A DNA stretch of 64,000 nucleotides from Amoebophrya sp. A120 (GCA_905178155.1 CAJINV010000005.1:7618989-7682988), one strand, 5' to 3'. Shown: positions 38,408 through 51,005, numbered from the stretch's first letter. Program-made: numbers and translations. The notes: a model not told the origin generated them from the sequence alone.

Positions 38408-40362
38408 CTTGTGATGATTTTTGAAGTTGTGATGCTCTACTGCTACTTAGGGTGTACAGTGTAGTTGCATGCACTTCTGCCGGTGTGCTTTGTTCTTGCT
38501 CTTCCGCCGGTGTTGAAAAAGACCTAGTTGCACACGGACGGCTGCAGATGACGGCGCTGTCTCGGCGCGTGGCAAGAAGTACTTACTACTTATCTACCGG
38601 TTTTGCTTACGACCTACTGGTGGTTCTCGTCGTGCTGGACCTGAGAGCACGTCAGTTTCGTCTGGTTCTGTTAGTGGAAAACGGCGCTTCGATCCATGGG
38701 GCGCATGGACGGAGGGACAAGATGTTGACTCATGGTTGTTGGTTGGAATGAGAAGGTTGTAGGTTTTCAAAATGTACGACTAGTACGCAGTGCGCCTTTT
38801 ACTTTTCTACCGCAACTTGTAGGTCCTTCTACTGTATTCCGTGCCGAGTTTCCTGTTGAGGATAGCTCTACTACGCTTTTTTTATTCTCATGGAACGTTT
38901 ACTAGGAAGAAAGTGCAATGATGAATTTGATTGTTCCACGACGTAATAAAGATTGACGCTGCGCGAATTGATGAAAAAGCAGCGACGTGCAGCACAATGT
39001 TTATCAGAATCAGCAGCAGATGAAGCAGACTCCGCGGCTTCATCGTTGGGGCACTGCTTGAGCGGAAGAAGCCAAGGCAAAAATGCCGTTTTTTCATCAC
39101 AAGTACCTTAGCAGGCAACAACACCACCACGACAGACTGAGGCCACGATTTTCATTTCCGCCAAGCAACAGCAGCAGTCTTTGCACGAAGCTTCGCTCCA
39201 TGCACGACCAATTTGAAAAAGCACCAGCGTCCTACTTTTTGCAGGAGATGCAACGCTATCTCTTTTCTGCAGCAACACGAGAACACTGTTTTCCTTGTTC
39301 GGCGGCGACATCATCTAGCAATGTGGTCGGGTTCGTTGCCTTCGACGGCCGTGCTTTAGATTTTTTTCACAACTACAATTTTCATCGCGTTTTTGTTTAC
39401 ATGCGCAAAATAGGTTTTTCTGGCGCGAGAAGAACCGACACTGGCTTGTGCTACTTGCTTGAGCTCTCTCCTTCACACAAGACGCGTAACAGGTAGTACT
39501 TGTACTGCGAGAGCATGCTAAGAGGTACAATGCGGGTGTTTAGTTGTTTACGCGATTCGTTTATCCTTACCTATGAGCGACGTCGAGCCCAAGCGCAGCG
39601 CTTCTATCCTGCGATCGTAACATGAAATACCCAGCACCTGGTAGCAGGAGCTTCGGCCTAGTCGTTTCTATCGCACCAAGTAAATCGTTAGTTTTTCGTT
39701 TATTTCGGGAGCACAACTTCTTCAGTAGAGTAGTTTAAAATTCAGATACTTTGGCTTTGGAGGCCTCGAAGAGAATCCGAAATACAGGAATTGAATGTTG
39801 TATAAAGGAAAGCCATAAAAATGTAAACTGTGTAATCGTGAACTAGAAAAATGTTAGGTTACAAAGAAAAAGGGTTCGAATAAACCCCGAGTTGTGCACA
39901 ACTTCTTCACTTGCGTGTGCGTCGTCGCTTTTCAACTATCGTGTCGTCCGAAATATCAAAGAAAAGAAAACTAGCTCGCTGCGCACGCAATTTGTGCTGC
40001 GCAACGGCTGTGCAAAATTTTGCGGTAAAAGGGCCGCACTTACTGATGAGGTTGTAAATTTGTAAAATAAATAAAAACGTTGGTCAAGAACAAAGGGCTA
40101 ATAGTACCGCTTCATTTCAAATGAAGCGGTCGTCTGATTCTGAAAAACGTAAAACATAAAACAAGGTGATCAAAAGGAATCATACAAATGAATGTAAGTC
40201 TAGTGTTAGAATCTCAATGTTGTCAAATCTTCCAGATACGTAGAAAAAATTTCATTTCGCCGCACTCATTCGCCTCCTGCGGCTCTCTCGACGCCCGTAG
40301 TGCGTAGTGCGCCCTGTTTGATGACCCTGAACAGGAGCTGCACCTAGTTTACCACTTATCCT

Positions 40363-43300
40363 CTACAGCAACAAGTTGTGAAGCATTTCTTGTTGCTTTG
40401 GTGGCTCGATCTGAATGTTCATGTATCAACTGTAAAAATACCTGGGTCTGGAAGAATTCATGTTTGTCATGCTTGTCTGGCATGACTCTTAAATCTGTCA
40501 TGCACGTTACCCAAGAGCTCCGTTTTTCTGTGATGCAGAAGCACAGTTTGTCATGCAGAATAGGCAACACCTAGGAGCTCAGAAATTTGTCATGCTGAGC
40601 CAGGATTTGTAGCCTCATCATGAGACGCCACCCAGCATCACAAGTTTCCAGACCCAGACATTTTTACTTTTGATATCATGATGGCGTCCACAATGTCCGG
40701 CTCAGAAATACTTGACGTCGGTTCGGGAAGACGGGGTATCAAGGCGTGTGACGCAACTTGGTGTTTTCATTCACATTCGGTCTCTTCAATACAAGTCTTG
40801 TTTGTCCTGTTCTTGCGTAAGGATCATACACATGCAACACTAGCTACATCAAGCATGACTTTTACAGCTCTCCTATGCAAAAATTTAGGCATGACAAAGG
40901 AGACCTGCAACTCATTCAAGGGGAAATCAAAATAGCTACAGAATAGAAAGACAACAAGTACTATCACACATTCATCCATAACCGACCTCACCGACGTTTC
41001 GTTTTTCTCCAGCCCTTCGCCAGCCGCGAGCGCTGCGATATTCAACAGCCGGTCTGTCGACCCCTTCTTGGAGGTCGGGCCGTTCTCGCTGTGCATGGTG
41101 AGCATGCCGTTCGTGTGCATTGCAAAAATGTCTGGGTCTGGAAGAGTGTCAGGTTTGTCATGCATACTTTGCATGACTTCTGATGCCTGTAATGCATGGC
41201 GTAGCATGACAGATCTGTAGAGGGGTCCCTCATGCCTATTCTGCATGAGAAATCATGCCCTCTCCGCGTAGCCTAAACTGGACTCTTCTTGCTGGTCATG
41301 CAATACAAACTTTTTTCGAATCCAGAGACAGCATCACAAGTTGTAACCTTCCAGACCCAGAGATATTTGCATTTGATAATTCGGTTTGTTGAAGTCATTT
41401 TCCTCACACGCCACCGTTGGCACCGCCGGAATATCCGGGATTTTTTGTAAAGATTTTGTCGGAATGAAGTCCGGAATGTGCTTCCCCGTTTGCTCATCGT
41501 CGTGATACGCTATCTGCGCCTTCGCGTCAAATGGTTTCGGCACCGCTTCCACAGTAGACTCGCCCGCAAGGCCGCTGGTAGGTAGAACAGCACCAGGAGC
41601 TCCTGCTGCGCTGTTATTCTGCTGCTGCCCGTTGTTGTCCACCAAGCTGTGGTGCGAATGCTTGCTCTATGAACTGCAAAAGTATCGTACTTGTACTAGT
41701 ATAAATTGCATTACAAGAAATTGCCTCAGCATTACAAATGTAATTTGTAATGCGGATTTCCCTTGATTACTAGATTTGTAATGCATGACTGCGATTAGAA
41801 GTACGAGTACGATACGTTTGCAGTGCATATGCTCCCATGATGTCTGGCGTTCGGTTCGTGCAGTGCGGCAGACGCGCGGGTGTGCGGGTCGTGACTGTAG
41901 TCAATGTCCGTGTGTTTTGAGGGCGGTGCGGCCTGTGAAGGCGGGGACTTGGACGTTGGAACACCTGGTGCAGCTCCCGCTGCACTCATCGGCACGACTT
42001 GGCTCTCAATCTGACTCGTTTTGCTTTTGTTGATACTCCCGGCGAGAAGTAACACCGCTTCGTATAGCAGTGCGACATGCCCCCCCCAGCTTTTTGATGC
42101 GAAATTTCCAAATGAAAACTTTATGAATGTCTCTGATGCGCCAGAGCCTAGGCGTATATCGCATCGCTTGCATGACAAGCGCCGTTCTCGCTGGGATCTT
42201 TTGCAATGCAAATTTTTGCTATTCACGATCGGAAATCTGTGATGCTGATAGATGCAAGAATGCGAGTGCTTCATTTGGAAAGGTTTGCAATACAAATGCT
42301 CGACGCAAGTTCGGGGGTGGAGGCATTTTTCATTGTAATACTTCGCCTTTGGACATCGGCGCTTTCGCGGTGCCCTGAAACAGGCCGCTGTGGATGTAGT
42401 GGCCCTTTTTATCAAAAACGTGGTCCGCCTTTCCGTACATTTGCTCCGCGCGTTTTGCTATGCATTGTAAATATGTAGTCTGGGTCACTGGAAAATTGCA
42501 AGCTGTGATGCTAACTTTGGATTCTAAAAAAATTTGTATAGCTTGAAGAGCAAGAGGACCACTCCAGTTGCTGCTACTTATGCGGAGACGGCATTTGTCA
42601 TGCGGGAACGGGATAGGCATCAAGAAGCCCGTAAAAAGTCTGTGATGCTATGTCATGCATCACAAACATCACGGGTCATGCAAAATGTGCATGACAAACG
42701 CTCCACTCTTCCAGACCCAGACGTATTTGCAGTTGATATTTGCGGCCAAGAGTTCCTTCTCTTGGTGCTCCTTCATCCAAGCTTTCGAATCGGTGTAGAC
42801 GTGCGGTTATGGAATTGCAAAAGTATCGTACTCGTATAAATGCATTACAAATTCCCTCAGCATGAGAAATATAATTTGTAGTGCGGATTTACCTTTAAGA
42901 AAAGGATTTGTAATGCACGGTTGCAATACCAGTACGATGCTTCAATTTGCATAGCGACGCGTCGCGCAGGTCGGAATGTTTCCGGTCCCAAACAGACCCG
43001 ATCATCGCGACGTATCCTGCGTAAAAACGTCCCCACCCCATAGCTGTCATGCAGATTTGCAGTCACGGGAAGATTTGTAATGCGCATCGCCATGAGAGGC
43101 ATTTCCCATCGTGTTTTGGAACTTGTAATGCTGTGAACAGGATAAGGAGATGGATTTGTTATGCGGCTTCCCTTGCTAAACGGCATTACACTACAGCCTT
43201 CAGCTTGTCATGCGTGGCTTCCAAAACTTTCAGGTTTGTGTTGCAAAATCCCCATCCTGACTCTGGGGTGGGGACGTTTTTACAAATGATACGACGTGGT

Positions 43301-46300
43301 CTGTCTTCACCGCTTCTTTGGCGCCACCGAGCTATCAACTGTAAAAATGTCTGGGTCTGGAGGAATTAATGTTTGTCATGCTTGTCTGGCATGACTCTTA
43401 AATCTGTCACGCACGTTGCCCAAGAGCTCCGCTTTTCTGTGATGCAGAAGCGCGGTTTGTCATGCAGAATAGGCAACACCCTGGAGCTCAGAAACTTGTC
43501 ATGCTGAGCCAGCATTTGTAGCCTCATCATGAGACTCCACCCAGCATCACAAGTTCCCAGACCCAGACACTTTTACATTTGATACGAGCGTAACGCCGTT
43601 CAAACTGGGTTCCATCTCCTGCTTCATCCACTTCCCCGTCTTCGGGTCGACCACGAAATTTCCCTTTTTCTGTATAACGCGCTTAGCTGTTACAATCTGA
43701 AAGTTGCACTAGAATGTGATGCAAGAGTGCATGATCTAGCCAACTCTCATAGGATTGCGCATGACAAGTTCCGGAGCCCCAAACTGTACTACAATCTGGC
43801 GAAATTTGTATTGCAGAAAGTGAAACGCTCTGCGAGTCTGTCATGCTCATCATGCAAGACAAGTCTCAGACTCTATTGAAACGTTTGAGATTGTAACACC
43901 TGAGCGGGTCATATTCTGCGCAATCGGTTTCCCAAAAATGTCCGTTTGGATGGTGTTGTCGTTTTTCGCGTCGTGCGCGGCCACCATGTCGGTATCAACT
44001 GCAAATATGTCTGGGTTTGGAAGATTCCGAGACTTGTCATGCTAGTCTGGCATGACCCTGAACTCTGTATTGCGTGGCCGCGAAGAGCTCCTACTCCCTG
44101 TCATGCAAAAACGCAGTTTCTCATGCGGAGTACGCAACTCAGAACCATGCAAAAACCTTGTCATGCTTGGCAGCGCATTGCAGGGAGCTCACTATTCCCT
44201 TCCTTGCATCACAAGTTTCCAGACCCGGCCATTTGCAATGCATAGTCGGTGTAGCTCTGGAGTAAGCTCCCCTCATCCGGTTGGAAAACCCACTTTCCGT
44301 CTTTCTCCACGTATTTTCCCTTTTTCTTGTTCTGCCCAGCTCCTGCGCCCGATTGAGGGTAACCAGCTTGGCTCGTCGGCGCAGCTTCGGCTTGCTTGCT
44401 CAACTCTTTCGACATTTGCCTCGCGATATCACAGGACAAAAGTGTTACAGTATACACATTTGTTGGAGTTTCTGCATCACAAAGTTGCTCGACATGGCCA
44501 AGAAAACCTGCTGTGATGCGCAGACTATAAGGGGAAACACGAATACAATGAGGCTGGCACGAGGTCCTCTGTCTTGCTTGTCTTCCATCAGAGTGTGTAA
44601 CTGTAACGTTTTTTCCTCAGGATACGCGAAATTCGGGTGCGCTTTAGTGAAGTGGTGACTCCCTACCCCGTATCAAATGCAAAAGTGTCTGGGTCTGGAA
44701 ACTTGTAATGCTGAGTTCTGAGTAGTGAATTCTCTGTATTGCACAGCCAAGCATGAGAAATATTTGCGCTCCTGCTTAGTGTTGCACTTTCCGCACGACA
44801 AACTGCGTGCTGCATGACAGGCAAAAGGGTCTCTTCTTCGACACGCATCACAAATTCTTCAGCCATGCCGGACAAGCATGGCAAACCTTGCAAATCCTTC
44901 CAGACCCAGAGATTATATTTGCAGTGGATACCCCGTAGTGCGCGTGCTCCGTGGGGCGCTCTTGCTCTTTATTCGGGTACTCCCCGCCGGTATGCATTGC
45001 AAATATGTCTGGGTCTGGAACAGTGCAACTTGTGATGCTGCATTTGGGTTCAAAAAAAAAATCTGTATTGCATGAGCAGCAAGAGCAGTCAAATTTGGCT
45101 ACGCGTATCGGGCATTTGTCATGCAGGATGCGCATCGATAAGCGCTCAAAAAATCTGTGATGCTAGGGCATACATAACAGACGTCGCGGACCATGGAAAA
45201 TGTGCATGGCAAACTTGTCCCCTTCCGGATCCAGACATTTTTGCAATGCATAACCGGTGATGGTCAGCGACATGGGTTCGTGCGGTTCGTTCACGGAGGG
45301 GGGCTTTTGGGCCTGCGGCGCGGTAGAGGCAGGGGCGGCGTTTCCGAAGGAGAGTTGCTTTTGTAACGTGCTTTTCACTGTTTTGTCGTCAAACGTGTGG
45401 TTTTGTTCCTGAAATTGCTTATTCACTTCGCTCTCCTCCGCCGCGTGATCAACCACTGCTGGTTCTACTTCGTTATCCCCCCCAAACCGCGGCTCCTCGT
45501 CGGCCACCGCGCCAGACTATGCAATACAAATTTCCCGTACATGTACAAAGTGCATGACAAATTTCGCTAGCTCTGTCAAACTTGTCATGCTGACTGGGAT
45601 TCAAGGCAAGTTTTGTCATACAGCAACTGCATTTGTACGCGTACGGCAAATTTATTGTGGATACAGCCGGCGCATCCGCCATCATGGCTGCACTGGTGCG
45701 GCCGTACTGATTCATGTAGCTGTAGTTGGGTAAAGATTTCTGCACGATCGAGGGAATGTATGAGAGTGCACAACTCCCCCTCTTTCTCATTTGTATTGCA
45801 TGAACAGCAATACAAACAGCACCACACGTGGAGCCTGTGCATGACAAACTCATGCGCCTAGTGTAGTACTATTTGGGAAGATTGCGGAATCTGTGATGCA
45901 AACAGTGCCACAAGGGAGCATTTGGGTTTGGGGTTTTGCATGACAAATAAGGGGGAGGGGGGGTTGTGCACTGTCATAGAATGATCCGCGACGGGTGGGC
46001 TTCCCGCATGCTTTGGACGTATTTCTGCTCCTGCTCATAGATCTGCTTCTCCCTTTCCTCTCTGAGCAGTTGCTCCTGGATCGTTTCTATCCTGTGCAAA
46101 AGTATCGCATTCGTAGTAATTGCAGTGATGCATTACAAATTTTTTTCTTAAGGTAAACCCGCATGACAAATTTCATTTCTCAACATGCCGTAATGCACTT
46201 ATACGAGTACGATTACGATACTTTTGCAATGCATAGTTTCCTCCACAAACGTCCACTCCCCCGTCAAGGGGTTCTCGACATACCGTCCCCGTTTCCCCCG

Positions 46301-49300
46301 CAAAGACGCGTTCGGGTCGATGTAGTCACCCCGCGCGCTTGACCCCACGACTTGGCTCGTGCTGGCACTCGCCCTTGCGATTTTTTGCTCCGCCGACGAC
46401 AAGGCTTGGGCTTCCCAGGCTCCGGTGATGGGGTTCTTCACGAACTGCTTCGTTTTGTCGTACTTGGCCGATTATGCACTGCAAAAGCTGTATCGCGCTT
46501 GTAGTAATTGCAGTCATGATGCATTACAAATCTTGTTCTCAAGGTAGACCCGCATTACAAATTTTATTTCTCATGCTAAGGAAATTTGTGATGCAATTCA
46601 TACTAGAATGATAGCTTTTGCAATGCATACAGACTTGTACTCTGCGTTCGCCGCGACCCCGTGGGGATTCGTGCCCGAAGTCAGGAAAAACAAATATGGC
46701 GCTCTCAAGTGTTACATGCTCAAGGAAGTGTTCCATGAATTTGTAATGCAGAAATTGCAAAAGTGATCGGAGGAAGACTGCGCCTTCTGCATTACAGGTT
46801 TGGGACGGATTCTAGTCCTATTTAGCGCGTCGAGAAGTTGTCATGCTGAGAAGGCTTGATCGCATGAAGAGTGATAGGGTTTTTGCATGACAAATTCATG
46901 TAACAGTTGAATGAAAATGTAACAGTTGAGAACCCCATAACCCAGGCTGCTTGTCCGGCGTCGGCGCCGACCGGATGTTTTTCAACATCGCTTGCTCTTC
47001 CGAAGTTAGCCCCGAATTCGGATTGCTGTTCTTCTTGTTCTTATTCATGCTCAGTAAAAAATTCGGCGTCTGCCGTTGCGCCAGCTGTTCCTTCCGCTCT
47101 CTCTCCTGCTCTTCCAGCCGGCGGAGCGACGACATTTGTTGGTCTTTGTTGATTGTGAAATTCGCTTTTCGCTGTGACTTCTTCAACTCTTCCAACCTCC
47201 TTGCCTCCTGGAGCCTCTCTAGACTGCTCATGGCCTGCTTGTCGATTTTGAAGTTGTAGTTCGCCGGAGCATTTTCCAGAAGCCACTTGCGCAACTTCTG
47301 CTCTTCCTCGTACCGCTGCAAGGAAGTTTGCCCGGTTTTCGGGGGAATCACAAAATTTCGGTAGTACCCCAGTTTTTCCGCCTGCGCACGAAGAATCTGC
47401 AAGCGGTCCTCCTCCGCGTGGCGCAAAGTTCGGTCTTCCTTGGTTTCGTCTTTGTACATCTCCAGCTTGTCACTCTCCTTGCGCTCTTCCTCGGTGAATA
47501 CAACTGGCTTATCAAAAGGAAAAATCCCCTCTCCCCATACTTCTGAAGCGACATACTTCTACAAATTTGCGACGCTGATTTGCGGACACAAATCGTCTCT
47601 GTATTGCAAGAAGGAAAGCCACAGACTCCGCCGGGTTTTGCGGGCAATTTGTAATGCTGTATGGCGTGCAGAGGATAAATCGCCGTTGCTAGGCGCCAAC
47701 AACGAGAGGGCCCAGCTCAGGCTTGGCATCTGCGTGCAGTCCTCCACTGCAAGACAGAGCGGATTTGTGTACGCAAATCCTGCATCACAGATTTCAAATT
47801 TGATATAGGGAGGGGGGATTTTTCATTTTGATATGGCTCCGGCTCAGCAAGCGGATCGTCCTCCGCTAACGGATCGTCCTGCGACGCCTTGCTTTTCTTC
47901 GTGAGTTATGCAACACAAATCTTCTTCTTGATCTTGTCCCGCACACGTAATACGAGCAAAATTTGCACCCCAAGAACTTTCGCCACAACTTCCAACTTAG
48001 GGCATAGAAGCATAGCTTGTCTGTCATGCAGAGCAGATTTCAGCGACATAAATTTTGATGTCAAGAAATGCGAGGACGAAAACCGCACCATTTGCACCAC
48101 GTGTACTTACGTGTTGATCGTGTTGATGTTGTACTACGGGACAACGTCAAATATCAAATTTCTCTTTCGATACGAGTTGCAAAAACCGCACCACCGCCTT
48201 CATTTTTCCGAGATTCACTGCCGCCCGCCCCGGGGGAATCACCTGCTTCGGCTGCGCGTCAAACGTCGCGGACTGCACTCTCGCGAGCTCTTTCTTCCGA
48301 TTTTTGAAAGCCGCGTAGGAGTTCTCCTTAAAATCTCCCTGCAAAATCTCGATCACCTCCTGTTGGACCTCCACGACAGGCCGGTTCGCGTCGATCGAGG
48401 GGTGGACCTCCCAGTGGAGAAAGGAGCCGTAGTAATCCAGAATCGGGGTTTTGGTCACTTCGTGGTAGGATTTTAGCCGAGTTTGGAGAGCCTCAATGGT
48501 ATCGTCCGCGCGCTGGTACAGAGGCTCCTTTGTGATATCGTCGAGCCTGATAGAAGAGGAGAAGTTTAAAAAAATCGAAACTTTTGTCATGTGGAAAGCG
48601 GCTACATGAGGCATCCGTATCTGTATCAATTTGTCAGATGCATAAATCAGATGAAAACACAAAAATCCATACATGTTCGCAGCCGTCGCTGGCACGCTCT
48701 TCTGCGCCTCCCGACAAGCGCGGAAGTAACTCTGCGGGGGTTTGAATTTCACATGGTAACTCCGCCCCGATTCTTTGTGAATCCATCTGCCCGCGATCCT
48801 CTCTTCCAGAACTTTGTCAGGCACATCCAACGTCAGAACAAAGTTTCGCACATTCGTCTGTTTTTCCGCTGAGGAACGGAGCGACGCCGCGCGGGATAAG
48901 TTATTCGGAATCAGGCAGTTCTCCAACAATAACTTCGCCTGATTCGCGGTCCGCGGGTAGCCGTCAAAGATCAGAAACACCGGTTTCCCGCCGTTGTTGC
49001 CGCGGAAAGCTGGGGCGCTCAAGACCTTTTTCTGCAAGTGGTCGGTCACGAGATTGGTGCACAAATCGTCCGGTACTAGTTTTCCCTCCTGCATCAATTT
49101 CCCGGCAACCGCACCGAGCTCCGTCTTCGCGGCGACGGCGTTCCGGAGTAAATCACCGGTGGAAATGTGGAAACAGTTTTTCTCCCCGAACGTGTCAGTG
49201 ATGTGTGGCGTGATACTACCCTTGCCACTGGCCGGGGGACCGAGGAGCAGAACCACATTGATCTTGAGAGGTTCATCGACCGGGATTGAACCGCTCTTCG

Positions 49301-50452
49301 GCTCTTCTGGCGGCGGCGTACCCCCCCTTGGGTCGTTCTTCGCCTGCTGTGCGCCGAACTGCTTCAGGGAATTTGGCATCTGCCCGAGACCGATCAAGGT
49401 CATGCCGAGTGCAGTAGCCTGGTCGTCGTTGATCTTATCCCCGACCCCTTTATCGATTTCTACCTTCAACTTGGCAATTTGGGACTTTTCCTTCTGCTTC
49501 AAAAGGTTCAAAATCTCTTCCGGACTGCCGTCGCCGGTCAACACCAACCTTTCCCGCAACTTCAGCATTTCCTCCGCGCAGGTTAAGATCCGTTGGTCCC
49601 GCGCCAGCGCCCGGATTCCGATCGCGGTCTTGTTCGTGCATTTTCGGGCCAATTCGGAAACAAGCGTCAGCACCGCGACGATCCGGGTGTAGCGGTAGAA
49701 ATCGGATCGCTCGAAGAAGTTGTTGTGCTCCAACCTTCATGCATTGCAAAACTATCGTTGTACTAATCGCATTTATGCATGACACATTTCTTTGTCAAGT
49801 TAAATCCGCATTACAAATTCCGTTCCTAAAAATGCTGAGGAAATTTGTCATGCGAGTACGACAGTACGACACTTTTGGTTTTGCAATGCATAATCTTGTC
49901 GGCTGGGACTCCACGTACTTGGTCGCCCGCTGGTTCTTCATGGCCTGCGTCTCACCCCGGACATTCTTCGCCGCATGGTGAGCCATATTGGTCGCCGTCT
50001 GCCCATCGTACTTCTTGTGGGCGGTATGAACTGCAAAAGCATCGTACTAGTATAAATTGCATATACAAATTTCCTCAGCATGACAGATGAAATTTGTAAT
50101 GCTGTTTTAGGTAAAGAAGGCGATTTGTCATGCATGTCTGCAACTGCAATTAGTACCACGAGTACTACTTTTTCAGTGCATAGGCGGTGGACTGCAACAA
50201 CTTCGAGAGTTGGGAAAATTCTGTCAAAACCGCCTCGAAGAGCAGTGTCGTTTGGGTCAAGGTTAGTTCCTTCTCCTTCGATTTAGGATCCTTGCTTTTC
50301 GGATTGTTATTGTCTTTCTGCGCGTTTATGGTCACCGTCGCCGAGCACATGTAGACGAGCGCTTGGTTGATTACCTGGAGGGAATAGTCGTAGGCGCCCT
50401 GGACATGGTTCAGCTGAGGCTTGGCCTCCATTTTGCTCACGTCGAACGGCAT
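40363..50452 (-). CDS. ~1550-aa protein with an adenylate kinase domain and a long C-terminal extension; 23 TIR introns and 1 GT-AG intron
   Basis: ADK motifs LLGPPASGKG, HISTGDLLR, GKLVPDD, FDGYPRT..QA, RIAGRW..SGRSYHVKF.PP, DDITKEPLYQRADD, RLKSYH..T.PILDYY. Removing each element +5 nt and intron 48547-48672 leaves 4659 nt in one open frame. Fusion to the tail depends on the diverged 47907-48172 element. Confidence 0.8.
40424..40675. mobile_element. TIR introner, family A (A1)
   Basis: Family A ends; TSD tcatg/tcatg. Confidence 0.93.
40737..40980. mobile_element. Degenerate TIR introner
   Basis: tatcaaggcgtgtgac ... tatcacacattcatccata; TSD essentially lost (cgggg/accga), but +5 removal restores the frame; internal gcatgac motifs. 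Confidence 0.5.
41114..41378. mobile_element. TIR introner, family A (TGT variant left end)
   Basis: tgtgcattgcaaaaatgtctgggtctgg ... atttgcatttgata; TSD gttcg/attcg. Confidence 0.9.
41668..41829. mobile_element. TIR introner, family B
   Basis: Family B ends; TSD tgctc/tgctc. Confidence 0.92.
42063..42340. mobile_element. TIR introner, family I-like
   Basis: tatagcagtgcgacatgcccccccc ... gggggtggaggcatttttcattgtaata; TSD cttcg/cttcg. Confidence 0.85.
42459..42738. mobile_element. TIR introner, family A
   Basis: Family A ends; TSD tttgc/tttgc. Confidence 0.92.
42808..42953. mobile_element. TIR introner, family B
   Basis: Family B ends; TSD gcggt/gcgac. Confidence 0.85.
43013..43291. mobile_element. 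TIR introner, family F
   Basis: tatcctgcgtaaaaacgtccccacccca ... tggggtggggacgtttttacaaatgata; TSD cgacg/cgacg. Confidence 0.93.
43333..43584. mobile_element. TIR introner, family A (A1)
   Basis: Family A ends; TSD cgagc/cgagc. Confidence 0.93.
43673..43913. mobile_element. TIR introner, family J
   Basis: tataacgcgcttagctgttacaatct ... agattgtaacacctgagcgggtcata; TSD ttctg/ttctg. Confidence 0.9.
43993..44244. mobile_element. TIR introner, family A
   Basis: TSD gtcgg/gtcgg; interior similar to 8899-9166. Confidence 0.93.
44427..44624. mobile_element. TIR introner, family H
   Basis: tatcacaggacaaaagtgttacag ... ctgtaacgttttttcctcaggata; TSD cgcga/cgcga. Confidence 0.92.
44671..44930. mobile_element. 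TIR introner, family A
   Basis: Family A ends; TSD ccccg/ccccg. Confidence 0.93.
44991..45252. mobile_element. TIR introner, family A
   Basis: Family A ends; TSD gccgg/accgg. Confidence 0.91.
45518..45663. mobile_element. TIR introner, family D (reverse orientation to 17139)
   Basis: tatgcaatacaaatttcccgtac ... gtacggcaaatttattgtggata; TSD cagac/cagcc. Confidence 0.9.
45759..45978. mobile_element. TIR introner, family E
   Basis: tatgagagtgcacaactccccc ... ggggttgtgcactgtcata; TSD gaatg/gaatg; similar to 12908-13131. Confidence 0.93.
46088..46235. mobile_element. TIR introner, family B
   Basis: Family B ends; TSD gtttc/gtttc. Confidence 0.92.
46473..46629. mobile_element. TIR introner, family B
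   Basis: Family B ends; TSD ccgat/cagac. Confidence 0.85.
46695..46939. mobile_element. TIR introner, family J-like
   Basis: tatggcgctctcaagtgttacat ... atgtaacagttgagaaccccata; TSD acaaa/accca. Confidence 0.85.
47510..47833. mobile_element. TIR introner, family I
   Basis: tatcaaaaggaaaaatcccctctcccc ... gggagggggatttttcattttgata; TSD tggct/tggct. Confidence 0.92.
47907..48172. mobile_element. Diverged TIR introner, family D-like
   Basis: tatgcaacacaaat ... atttctctttcgata; TSD tgagt/cgagt; removal fuses the ADK domain in frame to the downstream exons. Confidence 0.72.
49738..49892. mobile_element. TIR introner, family B (CAT variant left end)
   Basis: catgcattgcaaaac ... gttttgcaatgcata; TSD acctt/atctt. 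Confidence 0.88.
50025..50182. mobile_element. TIR introner, family B
   Basis: Family B ends; TSD ggcgg/ggcgg. Confidence 0.91.
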
Positions 50453-51005
50453 GGTATTGTTCTTTTTTTAGCAAGAATAGAAGAGGATGAAAGACATCAA
50501 AGACGGTTTAAATAATGGGAATTTTGGATGAAATTGGAAATTTGGATGTTTTTTTTGCGCCGGTACTACAAATGAAATTTAACTTGGTATAGTTGAGCGA
50601 TAGGTCGTCTTTGCGTATTTTAAACTTTGTGATGCGAAAAGTGCTTGAGTAGTTTTGTCCAAGACTACAACGGGTTGCCTCTTACGAGGTTTCCCAAACT
50701 TCCCGAGAGTTGTAGCTGTTTTAGTTGTGAAGGGGGAAAATCCATTACAAATTTTCCAGCGGATAGAGCATGATATCGGCTTTCATCTTCAAACAGACGG
50801 CCAGTAGAGTCGTGTATGCCAGCCACCGAAATAAACTTCTACACTAGTATTTCATCTTTATGTAAAAGCGCCGAGTGTGAGGACCAATTTTACCGAGGTG
50901 AGTATGTAAAGTGAAAGTGCAGCTGCACTACACTTCAATTATCGCAATTATACCGAGGACGAGTCGCGGAGTTCGGAGACGCGGCAGACCGAAACTCGGG
51001 AGTCT

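Noticed and set aside
40424-45252. Recurrent gtctgggtctggaa / ttccagacccagac as a CRISPR array
   Set aside because: The repeats are inverted pairs 250-280 bp apart with TSDs, the intervening DNA is exon, the context is eukaryotic and there are no cas genes
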